A stretch of DNA of 64,000 bases from NCBI RefSeq assembly GCF_964355755.1, contig NC_092674.1:20894001-20958000 (forward strand), given 5' to 3'. The stretch comes from Antedon mediterranea. Its lineage: Eukaryota > Animalia > Echinodermata. Shown here piece by piece: positions 14,580 to 26,474 of this stretch. The notes beneath the pieces were generated by a model that saw only the letters and a program-made list of their open reading frames with translations, was not told where the DNA came from and ran no database searches. How positions within the stretch are numbered: the first letter of the stretch is position 1; the number at the start of each line of letters is the position of its first letter. The position numbers were made by a program, and so were the translations under genes.

Positions 14580-15635
14580 AATGTTTAATCCTATAAAAAA
14601 TTCACTGTCCGTCTCAATTTCTACATTGCAGTCAACAGAAGATGGTAGCAGCCAATATTATTAAGCATCTTTATTAGTGTATCAAATCAAATTTCTCATG
14701 ATTTAGAAGGTCTCTTGAAAACCTTAGAATGGTTTAGCACCACTCGCAGAGAGTGGCATGATTTAGAGGTACAGTACCACCAAAGCAAAGCAATTTTTAT
14801 CAGTTCACATCATTTGTGTGCGGTAAGTAGCTTCTCAGAGATTATACCTTAATTCTCATCCTAAAAAGTACTTATTACACTTTATAACAAATTCTGTGAG
14901 AAATATATATATATATTTTGTTTGCTGCATGGTAACATTAAAAGCTAATTTTATTGTATCATTACTAAAATATCTAATGCAGTGACGTATTTATATTTTT
15001 CAGCTACAGATATGGAAAATTTATGTAAAAGTGTGGGTACCCATCAATGAGAATAAACCAGGTAATGTGTTTGTATATGTAGAGTAACATATATGTAGAA
15101 TAACATATACATAACTGTACAATATAGCATCATCCAAATAAATCTACTATAAAACCAATGCATCTTTAAGATAGGTAGAATCAGTTATTGGTGTGCCACC
15201 ACCCTTTACCAGATCAGTCAATAATGAAATTGGCCCTTTAACTTGTAAATTGTGAAGTTGATCAACAATAAAATAATCTGGTCATTGTTATTGATATGAG
15301 CATTAATTATTAGCTCAGATAAATCCATCCAACCGCTGCCACTCACTTTCCTATTGGACGGGGAATTGAACCTGTGAGGTGTGGGTGAAAGCCAGAATGT
15401 ATTGCCGCTAAGATAAAGGGGACTTGCTTAGGAGCTAATAGGACTGTTTTTTCACACAGACTACATGTATATGATGTAATTGACATTTTATTAATTGCAT
15501 TTTTTCAGGTGTATTTGATTTGGAGCACATTGTCAAAACTCGGTATAGAAGAAAAAAGAAGGAATACTTGGTATTAAGTGGATTGGGTTCCCGAGTCAGA
15601 GTGTACCTGGGAACCATGGCAAAACATCCTACGGC
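14580..15635 (+). pseudogene. Decayed spliced gene: Ulp1-like peptidase C-terminal remnant followed by a chromodomain exon
   Basis: The exon from 15509 (after tttttcag) reads VFDLEHIVKTRYRRKKKEYLV/KWIGFPSQS/TWEPWQNIL with 2 frameshifts, a chromodomain signature. Mini-exon 15004-15061 joins it in phase 1. Upstream, VPPKQSNFYQFTSFVC (~14770-14822) resembles the Ulp1 PxQxNxxDCGxFV motif (weaker call). Confidence 0.65.
15348..15422 (-). pseudogene. tRNA-Glu(TTC)-derived pseudogene or SINE head, in an intron
   Basis: Minus strand reads tcccc...tctggctttcaccca...ggttcaattccccgtcc, retaining an anticodon loop CTTTCAC and a B-box-like GGTTCAATTCC. The stems are degraded. Confidence 0.45.
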
Positions 15636-18600
15636 ATTTAAGGGGGGTGTGCAAGAAATAAAAAAAGCAGGAACATGTTTACTTATCTGATTGCAGCCCC
15701 GATCAATTCAGACAAACTTGAAAGTTGCCTCTGGTAACTTATAATGATTAATATTGTATACACTACTGTACATATTAATTATTTTGTAATATGTTATGTT
15801 ATCAACATGACTTCATCAGGCTGGGTGAGTTGGTATGATTGCTGCACATTAATACTGGCAAAAGCCTGTGTAGTTATATAGTCATAGTGTATGTAATATT
15901 TTTAAATCCTTATTGTATATAACTGTATGTAAATGGTATTTTAAATGAATAACTATCTAGAACAATTAAACTTGGTTTGTTGTACATCCTATTTACTGTA
16001 TTCTTCAAAATGCTTTAGTTTAGTCTAGAGTGTTTACCAGTGGCATTTTCTGTATACTGGAAATTCTCCCTTTATATGGTAGCCGAACAAGTGTACCGTA
16101 CCATCATAAAATTACCTGTTATGGCTGACTGACATGCAATTTGGTGTTAGTGTAAATGTTGTTGATAATTAATTAAAGCAAACAAGTTAAATACATTATT
16201 AGTATTTCACGGATCGCAACATGTATTAAATTTTATTTCAATTGGTTACTAATTAACATATTGAATAAAAAACAAAAGATACTACTGTAAAGTAAATGAA
16301 ATCAAAATTAATAAAATAATATTTATTATGTATCAATCAATTAAAAGCATTTGAAATTATATTATAGAGGTAAAACATTTTGCATAAACATTGTGTAAAT
16401 TTACATTTATAGTTGCATTATCATTATACATTAAAATATAGGTCCGATATCATTTGGGTAATGAAATGTACATACAATTCAGATACTATGGGGAACTACA
16501 TATTTTTATTGAGTACAGTCTCCCCTAACTTTATGAACGTAAAATAATTCATAGTTAAAACTTTTACTTGAAAAAGCATTTATAATTTCTAAGGGTGCTA
16601 TTTTGTTACAATTGTAACTTCACCTATGCTTTGGCTGAGGTGGGTGTGGCAGTGTCACTCTACATTAAAAAAAGAACACATGGACAATACATAAAGTTAA
16701 AGTTGTACAAGATATAATATAAAATAATATTTATTATGTATCAATCAATTAAAAGCTTTTGAAATTATATTATAGAGGTAAAACATTTTGCATAAACATT
16801 TGACATATCATTACTGGAGCGAAGATGCTTGAAAGTGAGAGTATCATGACGATTATTAACTATGAGTAAATTATAAATAATAGATCTTTGATCTTAAAAA
16901 TTAAAATTACTTGGATACGCGTCAGCTGCCATGGGTACGAGTTGGTATAGGTACGGGACGGGGTTGACCTGTATTTAGTAACAATGTATAGTTACAATAA
17001 TCATTTTTGAAAATAAACAAACCAAACTTTGCATAGAACGACCCTACTGTCTAAATATTTTTTTTGCACAATGTACATCTGAATAATGGTGGACATCATT
17101 TCACACTCTTAACAACTTTGTTCTATCTTCTTTTATTGTATTTGAATCACTTCGATTTCCACAATGAATCATGTATTTCTTCAATAACTGTAAAAAATAT
17201 TATTAAATCACATTATTAGTTGATAATAGGGTTAGTGTAACTACTGTACGTGCAAATAATTATCTGATGACATTGCCCAGATCCAAGTAATTTAAATAAA
17301 TATGCACTGAAATTTCTCACCATGGAAATGCCCTTCTTATATTTTCATACAGCATTAATACCGTAGTATCAAATTCTAGGAGGTACGAGGGTGGGAAAAA
17401 TTCATGACGATATCTTTTATTTCTGAAAGTACAGCTACAACCATCTGGAAATATAATGTTTTAAATTTAATACAGAACTGTAGGCCTATATGTATTTGGT
17501 TTGGAAACATACGTACAAATATAAATTTAATCACACTAACCAATAACATTTTTTATTTTTAAAAATTGTTATCTAGAATATGAAATCCTGAAGTCTATCA
17601 TAGGTTTTATAGATCGACCACAGAAGAGCGAGAAAAATGCCGTGAAGTAAAGTGGGCAGAGGGTCCCATTTCAAGAAAATTAATAATAAAATAAATGTTT
17701 TACATAGCATTAAACTTTACTTGGATACGCGTCAGCTGCCATGGGTACGAGTTGGTATAGGTACGGGACGGGGTTGACCTGTATTTAGTAACAATGTATA
17801 GTTACAATTATTATAATTGTAATTTGTAGCAAAAATGTAGTTGAACATCATGATGGTTGATACTGGGCCTAGCCATGCCATAGGTGGATCGCCATTGGTT
17901 AGCCTAGCTAGTGGGTGGGGGAGGTGTTAGTGGGGATCTCACCCGTACCATAACAAACTCGTACCCATGCCAAATTGTATTGGTCAGTTCGTACCCGAAT
18001 CGAACATTATACTAGCCTAGGCATTTTTTAGCATTTAATAAAACTTGGGTATGAATCATTATAATAAGGGTGTATAATAAGGCCTGGCCTCGTAGAGCAA
18101 TCAGCTAGAGCATCCTGAGGCGGATGCATGGGTAAATAATCACGGCTAGCCTAGCCTACTACTAGATAAGGTCAAGCTAGGCCACCACTGCACAAAAAGG
18201 CTAGGCCTAGCTAGCCTACATAAAACGAAATAATTATATTTATTTATACTTATCTTGGTACAAAACTGCACGGTCTCCTTAGGCAGGCTAGATCGATCGG
18301 GTCGGTTCAAGCATGGAGGTTTATTTTTTTAAAGGGTCCTCCAGTGATAATTATTGATAGGGGGGCTTGGTATTTAGGAGGACTCGTCTAAGACGATATC
18401 GGGCCCATTTTAGAGACGATCAGGTCAACCCGTACCAAATTTGGTGAAATTGTACAGACATTTCGGTAACTAATACCAATGACTGGGCATAACATTCTTG
18501 GTGGAAAAACATCGAAATATTTACTGAAATATCCCGATAGTTTACTTAAACAGAAATAAAATCTAAATCCTAGAATTGCATACACTGCCTCCTAGTAGTA

Positions 18601-19669
18601 TAACCTAGGTCTATAATTATAATGCGAGCGAGTTCCATTGTTTGGTTGGGCCTACGACTCAACTCTGGTTGCCGGCGGACAATTTCACATTAGATGAATT
18701 AAGTTTTACTGTAGTACAGTACTGGGACATGCAACAGTGACACATGCGTGATATGGATGGGCCTGTTATGGTCGCTTGACATGGAACACCGCAGCAGTTT
18801 CTTGTTGTTAGACATGAACCGTACGAGAATCGGGTGAATTTTGAGTGGTACCTCACTCAGCTATGTTATCCCCATTTGTAGGCCCTCCTTCGGGGGATCT
18901 GATGGGCCTATTGCAGAGGACAAAATGTTTGGTGATATGATATTGGTATATAGGATGCAAATGGGCATCCCTTGGTGGTGAAATTAGGTGGTATCTCTCT
19001 CATCTAATTGGTGCCGATTTGTTAGCACCTTTCGTGTACCCGGCAGACTTCCATTTACGTTGACTTCAAGTGACCTCCAATCAACACACTTAAATAGTCA
19101 GATATTGGTACCTAGCTCATCTAACCAAATGTATCTGGGCTGCCTGTCTACAGCCATTTACTGAGTATTCAGTACAGTAATACAATAAATACTAAGCGGT
19201 CAGAAGATGCTACTAATCAATCAATCAATCATTCGATTTATATAGCGCCATTCCAACAGTCATTGCTCATGGTGCTACCAAAAATATCAGAAAATGTGAG
19301 TTTTGAGTAGTGACTTTGAAGGTGCTCAATAATGATGTTTGTTTAATGTTCAAAGAGGTGGTTCCAGAACCTACTGTAGGTCCAGCAATACCGAAAGTCC
19401 GATCTCCCCAACTATGTTTGCGCCTCTGAATGTCCAGTCGCTTTCTCTTAAGCCCCTTTCTCACAGACGTGCCTGCAATATACCGGTATGATGCTGGCGT
19501 CGTGCCGGTATCGTTACCGGCATATACCCATTCTCATCGGACTATCGTGCCGGAAATATAACCGGTATATACCGGCTTTCTGTGAGAAAGGAGTCCGGCA
19601 TATTCGGCCAATAAAAAGTCTGACAAAATAATTATTGAGGGCGTCCTTTATTGTTATTATTCTAGCGAT

Positions 19670-21311
19670 ATGGCAGCGAATTTTAATTTGCAGATTATTA
19701 TTCTCTTACTTTATAGCATATTTATGCAATACATGTTATGTACAGTATATTGTACATATATTATACAGGTACAGGAATTAAATAGCCGTCATCGGCAATC
19801 TGTAAAACAGCATAGAAGGAGAAATCAGGCTGTAAAATTTACAAGGCGACGAAGGGTCAGGCACCAACAAAGAGCTATGGCCTATAGATTATATGCTATG
19901 GCAGCTATTGATGGTACGTCGTGCATTCGCCGTATATGGGTAAAGGATCGCAGGCATGGCCTTGTTTTTTGGAATACTGTAATGACAACGTATACAGATG
20001 AAGACTGGCGCCGACATTTTAGAATGTGTAAGGCAACATTTGAATTTATAGCCAATGAATTAAGACCCGCCCTGGAAAAAGAAACGACAAATTGGAGAGC
20101 ACCTATCCCCTATAAAGTTAGACTAGCAGCTGTTATTTGGTGGTTAGCCACACCCACCGAATATAGAAGCATATCAAACATGTTCGGAATTGGAATATCA
20201 ACTCTATGCAACCTAGCACGGGAGGTGTGTTTTGCCATCCGAAGAAACTTATTTAAAAGATATATATCGCTTCCCTCTGGTGAGAGATTAACAGCAACAA
20301 TAAATGGATTCGAAAGACGCCGGTTCCCTCAATGTGCTGGGGCCATAGACGGTACCCATGTCCCCATTCTAGCCCCGTCAAAAAATCCTGCAGACTACCA
20401 TAACAGGAAAGGATGGCACTCTGTGATAATGCAGGCAGTGGTGGATCATAACTTTTGGTTGGTTAAAAATTATTTAACTAAATTATTGTACAAAAAGAGC
20501 TGTAACTGCTTAAGGTGTTTGTTTAATGCTATTCTATCCAGGGTTACATTAGGCCTATGAATAATCTATATTATTCTACTTCCAAATGCATGATTCTAAA
20601 AAAAAAAGTATGGTTAAATCTAAAAAAATGTTCTTCATACATACAGCTTTACAGATGTAAACATTGGATGGCCAGGCAGAACGCATGACGCAAGGGTTTT
20701 GGCAAATTCAAACATATTTTCCCTTGCAGAGGACAGGCAAAATGGTCATCTTTTTCCTATGGAGGTAAGCTTTTGTGTAATTAATTGCTTATTATTAATG
20801 GCTAGGATTTCTATAAACACACGAATAAGAAAGGCATGATAGCAACAAAATTAATTGAATTGTTTTATTTATTTAGAATTCTACAGTGATAAATGGTGTA
20901 GAAGTACCTGTGTTTCTCATCGGTGATGCTGCATATCCCTTAAAAAAGTGGCTAATGAAACCATATACCAACCATGCATTAACAGCCGATCAAAGAAGAT
21001 TTAACACACGGTTAAGCTCTGCGAGAATGGTCGTTGAAAACGCATTTGGTCGTCTGAAGGGAAGATGGAGAATACTTCTAAAGAGGAATGATGTCAATAT
21101 TTCATTTGTATCAGATGTGGTTGCGTCATGCTCTGTTCTGCACAACATATGTGAGATGCATAAGGAACAGTTCTATCCTGAGTGGGATGAAGAAATGCGC
21201 AATTATGAAAGGCAGCATGGTTTGGTGCAGCCAAATGATAATGTTGATCCAAATAATCAGAATATAGATGTAACATCTGATATTCGTGATGCAGTTTCGG
21301 CATTCTTGTAA
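19670..21311 (+). CDS. Harbinger DDE transposase, 3 exons (19670-20457, 20647-20764, 20877-21311), ~446 aa
   Basis: Motifs FRMCKATF, GAIDGTH, YHNRKGWHS, FTDVNIGWPGRTHDARVL (exon 2, not in the ORF track), GDAAYP, RMVVENAFGRLKGRW and LHN. GT-AG introns keep the frame (1341 nt). The start codon is not certain. Confidence 0.92.
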
Positions 21312-21984
21312 ATTTTAAACTAAGTTTTAAGTATTTTCATGTGGTGTATCCCAAACTTTTTGTTGATTAGAAATGTTCTCACCATGCAAACCTAAACGCA
21401 ATAAATAGATTAACAATAATGTCATTTTTAGTGTTTTTTATTAAACAATAATCAGACAAATATATTATTTTATATATACACGATATACATAATAATACAC
21501 TTTATTACAGTATTATCCTATAGAAAACAAAAAACAGTTTTTTGATTACTGTAATTTTTAAATAGCTAACTTAACATGTTAAAAGGTTTACATTTAACAG
21601 GTGTTTTTGGTATTGATAATGTAGTACAGTACATGTATAACTACAAAATAAAACCTTTTTGATTTTAATAAAAAAAATCTTACCAGCAATTAATGTTTGT
21701 TTGTATAACTAAACAATTAATTTGTAACAATAAAAATGATGTATTGATAGTGCTAAAAGGTCAACATATGAAAAATAGCATAAGCTGTGATTAAAGGAGT
21801 TTACTAAAATAATGTCATGGTGTGCACTTGTTTTGACAGAAAATAATCATTGTATTGTCCCAAGTTTTAAATTAACATTATTAGTATACAGTAATTAAAA
21901 ATTTACTATTTTCAATCATTTTCATTTAACAACTCCAGGATTACATTAAATTAACATAAACACAATGATTGGTTTAAAATGTGT

Positions 21985-23419
21985 CTAAAGTGTATAAAAT
22001 TCTCCTTGGCTGCTGTCTGCTGAGCTGGATGATGATGTATTACCGCTGCAAGGTGAAGTAGCTGATGGTGAAGAAGATGACTGGTATAAGTATCCTTGAG
22101 TGTGTGATGGAGGACCCATATTGTAATTAACTCGTGGTTGATTGGTGTAAAAAACAGGAGTTGGATGTTGGATTTGATTGGGAACATGTTGATTTTGCAT
22201 TGTTGTCATCATTGTTGTCATGCATGTTGTAAACTGTTGTAGCATATCCCTTTGAGTGTTTTGTACTTGTGTAAAAAGCTCTTGTTGGGCATTCCTATTC
22301 TCTCTTTCAACTTTTAATTCCCAGTCCCTCTGTTCTTTCGCTAGTCTCCTCTCATCCTCTATCAATCTTTTCTCGGATGCCTCAAATCTGTCTGCTATTA
22401 GTGTTGAGACAGCTTCCATAGATTTGTCTAGTTTTGTCTTTTTTGCCTTTTTTCTGGGTCTTTCTTCTTCTACCTGCACTGGACCAGCTGGTTGATCCAC
22501 ATCATCATCTTCTTGAACAAGAACATTTGTATCCACTTGAACAAATTCTAACACTTCAACCACTTGGGCATTTTCAACTTCCTGTATAGGGTCATCCTCC
22601 TCTACAGTAGCCTCTGAATTAACTTCAAATGCCTCTTGATCTATAAAAAAAAAAAATTTTATATTTAAAACAGAAAATACAAAATGACTAACTTAAAATA
22701 AGCACATAGAATAGAAAGTCACTAATTATTAATTAATATAAATAGTGGCCTAGTAGTATAGCCTAGTACTACTATATTATTACAGTGAGTAGCGGTCATG
22801 AACTATGTAACCTTACCTAAATAAATTGAGTATTTGTTTATATTTATTAATATAATAACTGTATAAAATATTTAAAAAGGATCCAAATTGATGATATAGA
22901 TTTATGGTATAATATAATGTTGGCTTTAGCCTAGGCCTAGTAAGAGTAGTAGGGCCTGCCCTGGTCTGGGCGAGTAGAGCTAGAGTAGTTAGGCCTAGGC
23001 CCTAGTTATAATAGTAGTGAGTAAACTTTGCTAGACTTACCCACGACTGCATCATCTCCTGCATCATCTCCAGCTTCATCTTCATCATCTGGGCTTACAA
23101 TAGATTCTAGAACTCGAACAGGTTGGGCACATGGCCTGTGTCCCCAAATTACATCACACAAATCATAATATGGCCAAGTATGCTTTTGCTCCCCCGACCT
23201 GTTGTTTTTGTCTTTAATGACATGGTACCTGGCCTTTAACGTTTTCAGTTTGCTTATGACTTGTTTTTTTGTTCGTTTTACGCCAACCACAGCCAGCTTA
23301 CAAACAATATTAACGTAAACAGCTCCCGACCTTATTGTCCCATCCATCTGTTTACAAATTTCTTCTTCTCCCCTTATTTTAAGAAGCTCCCTAATCTCGT
23401 TTTCTCTCCAGTTCGACAT
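21985..23419 (-). CDS. Harbinger Myb/SANT-like (trihelix) DNA-binding protein, 2 exons (23419-23041, 22640-21985), ~344 aa
   Basis: MSNWRENEIRELLKIR..VKRTKKQVISKLKTLKARY..SG..TWPYYD, then an acidic region, an NLS (RPRKKAKK) and a coiled coil. A phase-1 GT-AG intron joins the two ORFs in frame. Confidence 0.9.
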
Positions 23420-23980
23420 TTTGACAACTGAATTGAATCGGCGCCAAAGTGATACACTTGACCGCGCACAAGGTGTCAAAGCCCCGCGACGGGGAATATA
23501 ACTGCGTTACGTTCTCACAGAATGCCCGTCTCGCATTGCGGGGAATATTCCTAGTAATATTACTAGGTCTTAAGCAGGTCATGTCGGTGCCGGCATGATG
23601 CCGGCATGATGCCAAGACGACCCGTTCTCACAGAAAACCATACCGGCATAGTAATGGTATATTCCCGCAACATTCATGGCACACAGCTCTGTGAGAAAGG
23701 GGCTTTATTGATTGTCAATCATTCTGAGAGGTATTTGAGAGCGCAACTATTTATGCATCGGAGCACCAGCAGGATCTTAAATTGAACACGCAACTCCACT
23801 CCAAATACGATCGCCTCGGTCTTTTCATTAAGCTTGAGGAAGTTTAAGCCCATCCATGTCCTAATCTCAGCAGTGCATGCTTCTAAACGTTTTACGGCGG
23901 TCAGAAACTCAGTCTGACGGGGATTGACAGAAACATAAATTTGTATATCATGAAGTTGACCAGGAATATGTCCTCTATAC

Positions 23981-24246
23981 ATTTGACCTTAGAGGGTTAG
24001 ATGAAGGCACTTCCTCTTATTTGGAAATTTCCTGATGTATGGCGCGCCAAACTGTCATTTAATCACATTAAAACAAGATATCACACTAGTATGAATGAAC
24101 TACAAGGGAATGATGACAGGACAGTCTGGTCATGCGGTCCTATTCTTTCAGCCCATCTTATTGATCTAGTTGAGAAAACGACCATGGAGTTGAAAGAGTA
24201 TGAAGATGATGAACAAGAAATTGAATTTGAGGTGGATGATGACTGA
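23981..24246 (+). pseudogene. Internally deleted remnant of an Academ-type transposase
   Basis: FDL..MKALPLIWKFPD resembles a segment I recall from Academ transposases. It is followed by a C-terminal-like VWSCGPILSAHLIDL plus an acidic tail, just inside the right TIR. Confidence 0.5.
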
Positions 24247-24374
24247 AAATCTATTGCAGTAACTTGATAAATGGGTTTTGAATGAGTAGTTTATATAGAC
24301 CTACATATACATAGTTTTATTTTGAAAACAGAAAAATTCTCACTATAAGAATTCTGTGAAAATTGAGGTCCTCA

Positions 24375-24414
24375 CTCCTGAGGACGATCAAAGCATATTG
24401 ATCGAAACGTCGAG
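24375..24414 (+). ncRNA. Minimal type-I hammerhead ribozyme motif (Penelope pLTR-type)
   Basis: ctc-CTGAGGA-c-gatcaa(agcata)ttgatc-GAAAC-GTC-gag contains the catalytic core CUGANGA and GAAA, stem II, a GUC cleavage triplet and a short ctc/gag stem I. Confidence 0.6.
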
Positions 24415-26474
24415 AAACTTAACAGTTCTTTTCAGAATTAATATACGTGGTGTACCGCAAACTTTCAAAAAATTTAGGTCAATGATTAAATGTGACAATA
24501 CTAAAATTTATGACCATTTCTTGAAATAAATACTCATTAGAGTGGATAGAAACATGTATGTTTTGAACAATTTAATAGAAAAATAAAATCTTTATGACCA
24601 AGGGTTACTGAGATATGACCTTCAGGTGTAAACAAGGTCAAATGTCAAAAGTTGTATTTCTGGCCATTTTGTATGAAAATGTTTGATTAAATTGCATATT
24701 CTGAACATTAAAAGAATCAACATCAAACCTCTATGACCACTGGTTGTCAAGATATAGAACGAATACAAAAATAGTCTAAATTATTGCGAAAATCGTTATA
24801 CAATAATGTCAAAGGTCAAAAGTGATATTTTCCATCAAATTTCAAAAATATGTTTCATTAAAGCTAATATAAATATGGATACTCCAAACAATTTAAAACA
24901 AAAATAAAATGGTTACCAAGATATGACCCTTATGTAAAAACGAGGTCAAAGGTCAAAAGTCGTATTTCCAGTCATTTTGTATGAAAATGTTTTATTATAG
25001 TAGATAGGAACGTGCATATTCTGAACAATATAAGACCAAAATCAAACCTCTATGATCACTCGTTGTCAAGATATAGGTCGAATACAAAAATAGTCTAAAT
25101 TATTGCGAAAATCGCTATGCAATAATGTCAAAGGTCAAAAATGATATTTCCCGTCAAATTTAAAAAACATGTTCCATTAAAGCTAATATAAATATGGATA
25201 TTCTGAACAATTTAAGACAAAAATAAAATCTTTATGACCAGGGGTTACCAAGATATGACCCTTATGTAAAAACAAGGTCAAAGGTCAAAAGTGGCATTTA
25301 CGGCCATTTTGAACGAAAACTTTTCATTATAGTACATAGAAATGTGCATATTCTGAACAGTTTAAGACCAAAATCAGACCTCTATGATCAGTCTTTGTCA
25401 AGTACCGTCTATATTTATGATTTTGATAAATCCAAGATGGCCACCAAAATGGCCCCCAAAAAACCCCATGGGACAATATTTTGTCTTGGGAACATCAAAA
25501 AATGTTAATTACATATATTCAGGATTACAAAAATGTACATTAAAAAAATACATCATGGGGGTGCACGGTAACCCCTCCTTCCTACTAGACTAACACTACC
25601 TCTTATTACAAACTATACGGAGATCAGCTTCTCCTCCGACCATCTATCTATAGTAACATAAAACATGCATTTTCTAATCTTTACGATTCCATAAGTAAAA
25701 CACAATTATTACTAATAAATAGTTTACAATTACTATTATAACGATAGTAGTACTCACGGTCGTTATTTCCCCATTTGGGCTTATTGAGTTCACAGTTTTA
25801 ACGTGTAGCATTAGCTACCTTTTCCCACATCTATTCTCTACGCCCAGAACTGTGCAACTGCTAATCTAAACACATGGTAGAACATTCTATCCTGCTAATT
25901 TGCATAACAAGTGATACAGTGTGTGCAAGTGAGTATCCAATCACAGACTACCACTTGGTACATACAGAAATATAAAGCGTGTTCTGCACTGATGAACTTC
26001 TATTGTATTGTAAAAAAATCGTAAGGTAACTGAAAAACATAAATCTAACTTATCTCGTGACACAGTATAATACTGTATAGGTAGCCACAAACCAATGTAT
26101 GTACCATCAGATTCACAAACAGTAACACACACACACAGCAGCAGCAGCACTCATTTAGTGTTGGTCGTCACAAGCAAGGCCTACTAGATAGCGTAGCCCT
26201 AGTGAACAATTTTTTTTTTTTTTTAATTTCAGTTTTTTATGATTTTCCAAATTACATATACACATAACAAACAATAATATTAGTTGTAGGCCTATAACTT
26301 AATTAAAACTATGGAACGATCTCCCTGTTAAAATAAAACTTTCTGTATCTTTAATTACTCTTATTAAAATCTGTAAAACACTACCTATTAGCCATTTAAA
26401 CAACATACTTTTGTTATGCTCTATATTTTTTCTCCTTCGTTTTTGACTTATATTTTGTTTATTGTTTTATCATG

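Larger units (their letters stand above)
6877..18836. mobile_element. 12 kb DNA transposon with ~171-bp TIRs and a 7-bp TSD; KDZ (Kyakuja/Dileera/Zisupton)-like remnant
   Basis: cacccgattctcgtacggttcatg...caaccag (6877-7047) is a near-perfect inverted match to 18665-18836. TSD AATTTTG at 6870-6876 and 18837-18843. Internal CxC-type Cys/His cluster. The boundaries are secure; the family call is inferred. Confidence 0.75.
19451..23704. mobile_element. Complete PIF/Harbinger DNA transposon (4254 bp), apparently autonomous
   Basis: Perfect 17-bp TIRs agcccctttctcacaga / tctgtgagaaaggggct. TTA TSD at 19448-19450 and 23705-23707. Two convergent intact genes. Confidence 0.95.
19212..23952 (-). pseudogene. 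L2/CR1-group LINE 3' fragment split by the Harbinger insertion
   Basis: HDIQIYVS..RLEACTAEIRTWMGLNFLKLNEKTEAIVFG (23800-23950) and KRLDIQRRKHSWGDRTFGIAGPT (19370-19450) rejoin in frame when the Harbinger and one TTA are removed. (ATTG)n tail at ~19214-19232. Confidence 0.75.
4975..25592. mobile_element. Academ-like DNA transposon, non-autonomous, 20.6 kb including nested insertions
   Basis: Left end tagtagggtaggaaggaggggttaccgtgcacccccatg matches the reverse complement of right end catgggggtgcacggtaacccctccttcctactagacta. The imperfect TIRs span ~4975-6150 and ~24485-25592, with ~120-bp internal subrepeats. 3-bp TSD ACA at 4972-4974 and 25593-25595. TAG..CTA termini with a 3-bp TSD fit Academ. 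Confidence 0.8.

Noticed and set aside
15348-15422. Functional tRNA-Glu gene
   Set aside because: The acceptor and D stems do not pair properly, so it is kept only as a pseudogene/SINE remnant.
6877-18836. RAG-like/Transib transposon because of the CAC termini
   Set aside because: The TSD is 7 bp rather than 5 bp, there is no CACAGTG heptamer/nonamer layout, and no RAG1 or RAG2-like coding sequence is seen.
19670-23419. Domesticated host genes HARBI1/NAIF1
   Set aside because: Both genes lie between perfect TIRs with a TTA TSD inside a LINE fragment, so this is a transposon.
4953-25593. Duplicated small gene MILINPRWPPKWPPKNPMG (ORFs 4953 and 25384)
   Set aside because: Both ORFs are the two TIRs read inward-out, an artefact of the inverted repeat. 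The same applies to ORF pairs 6862/18659 and 61218/63301.
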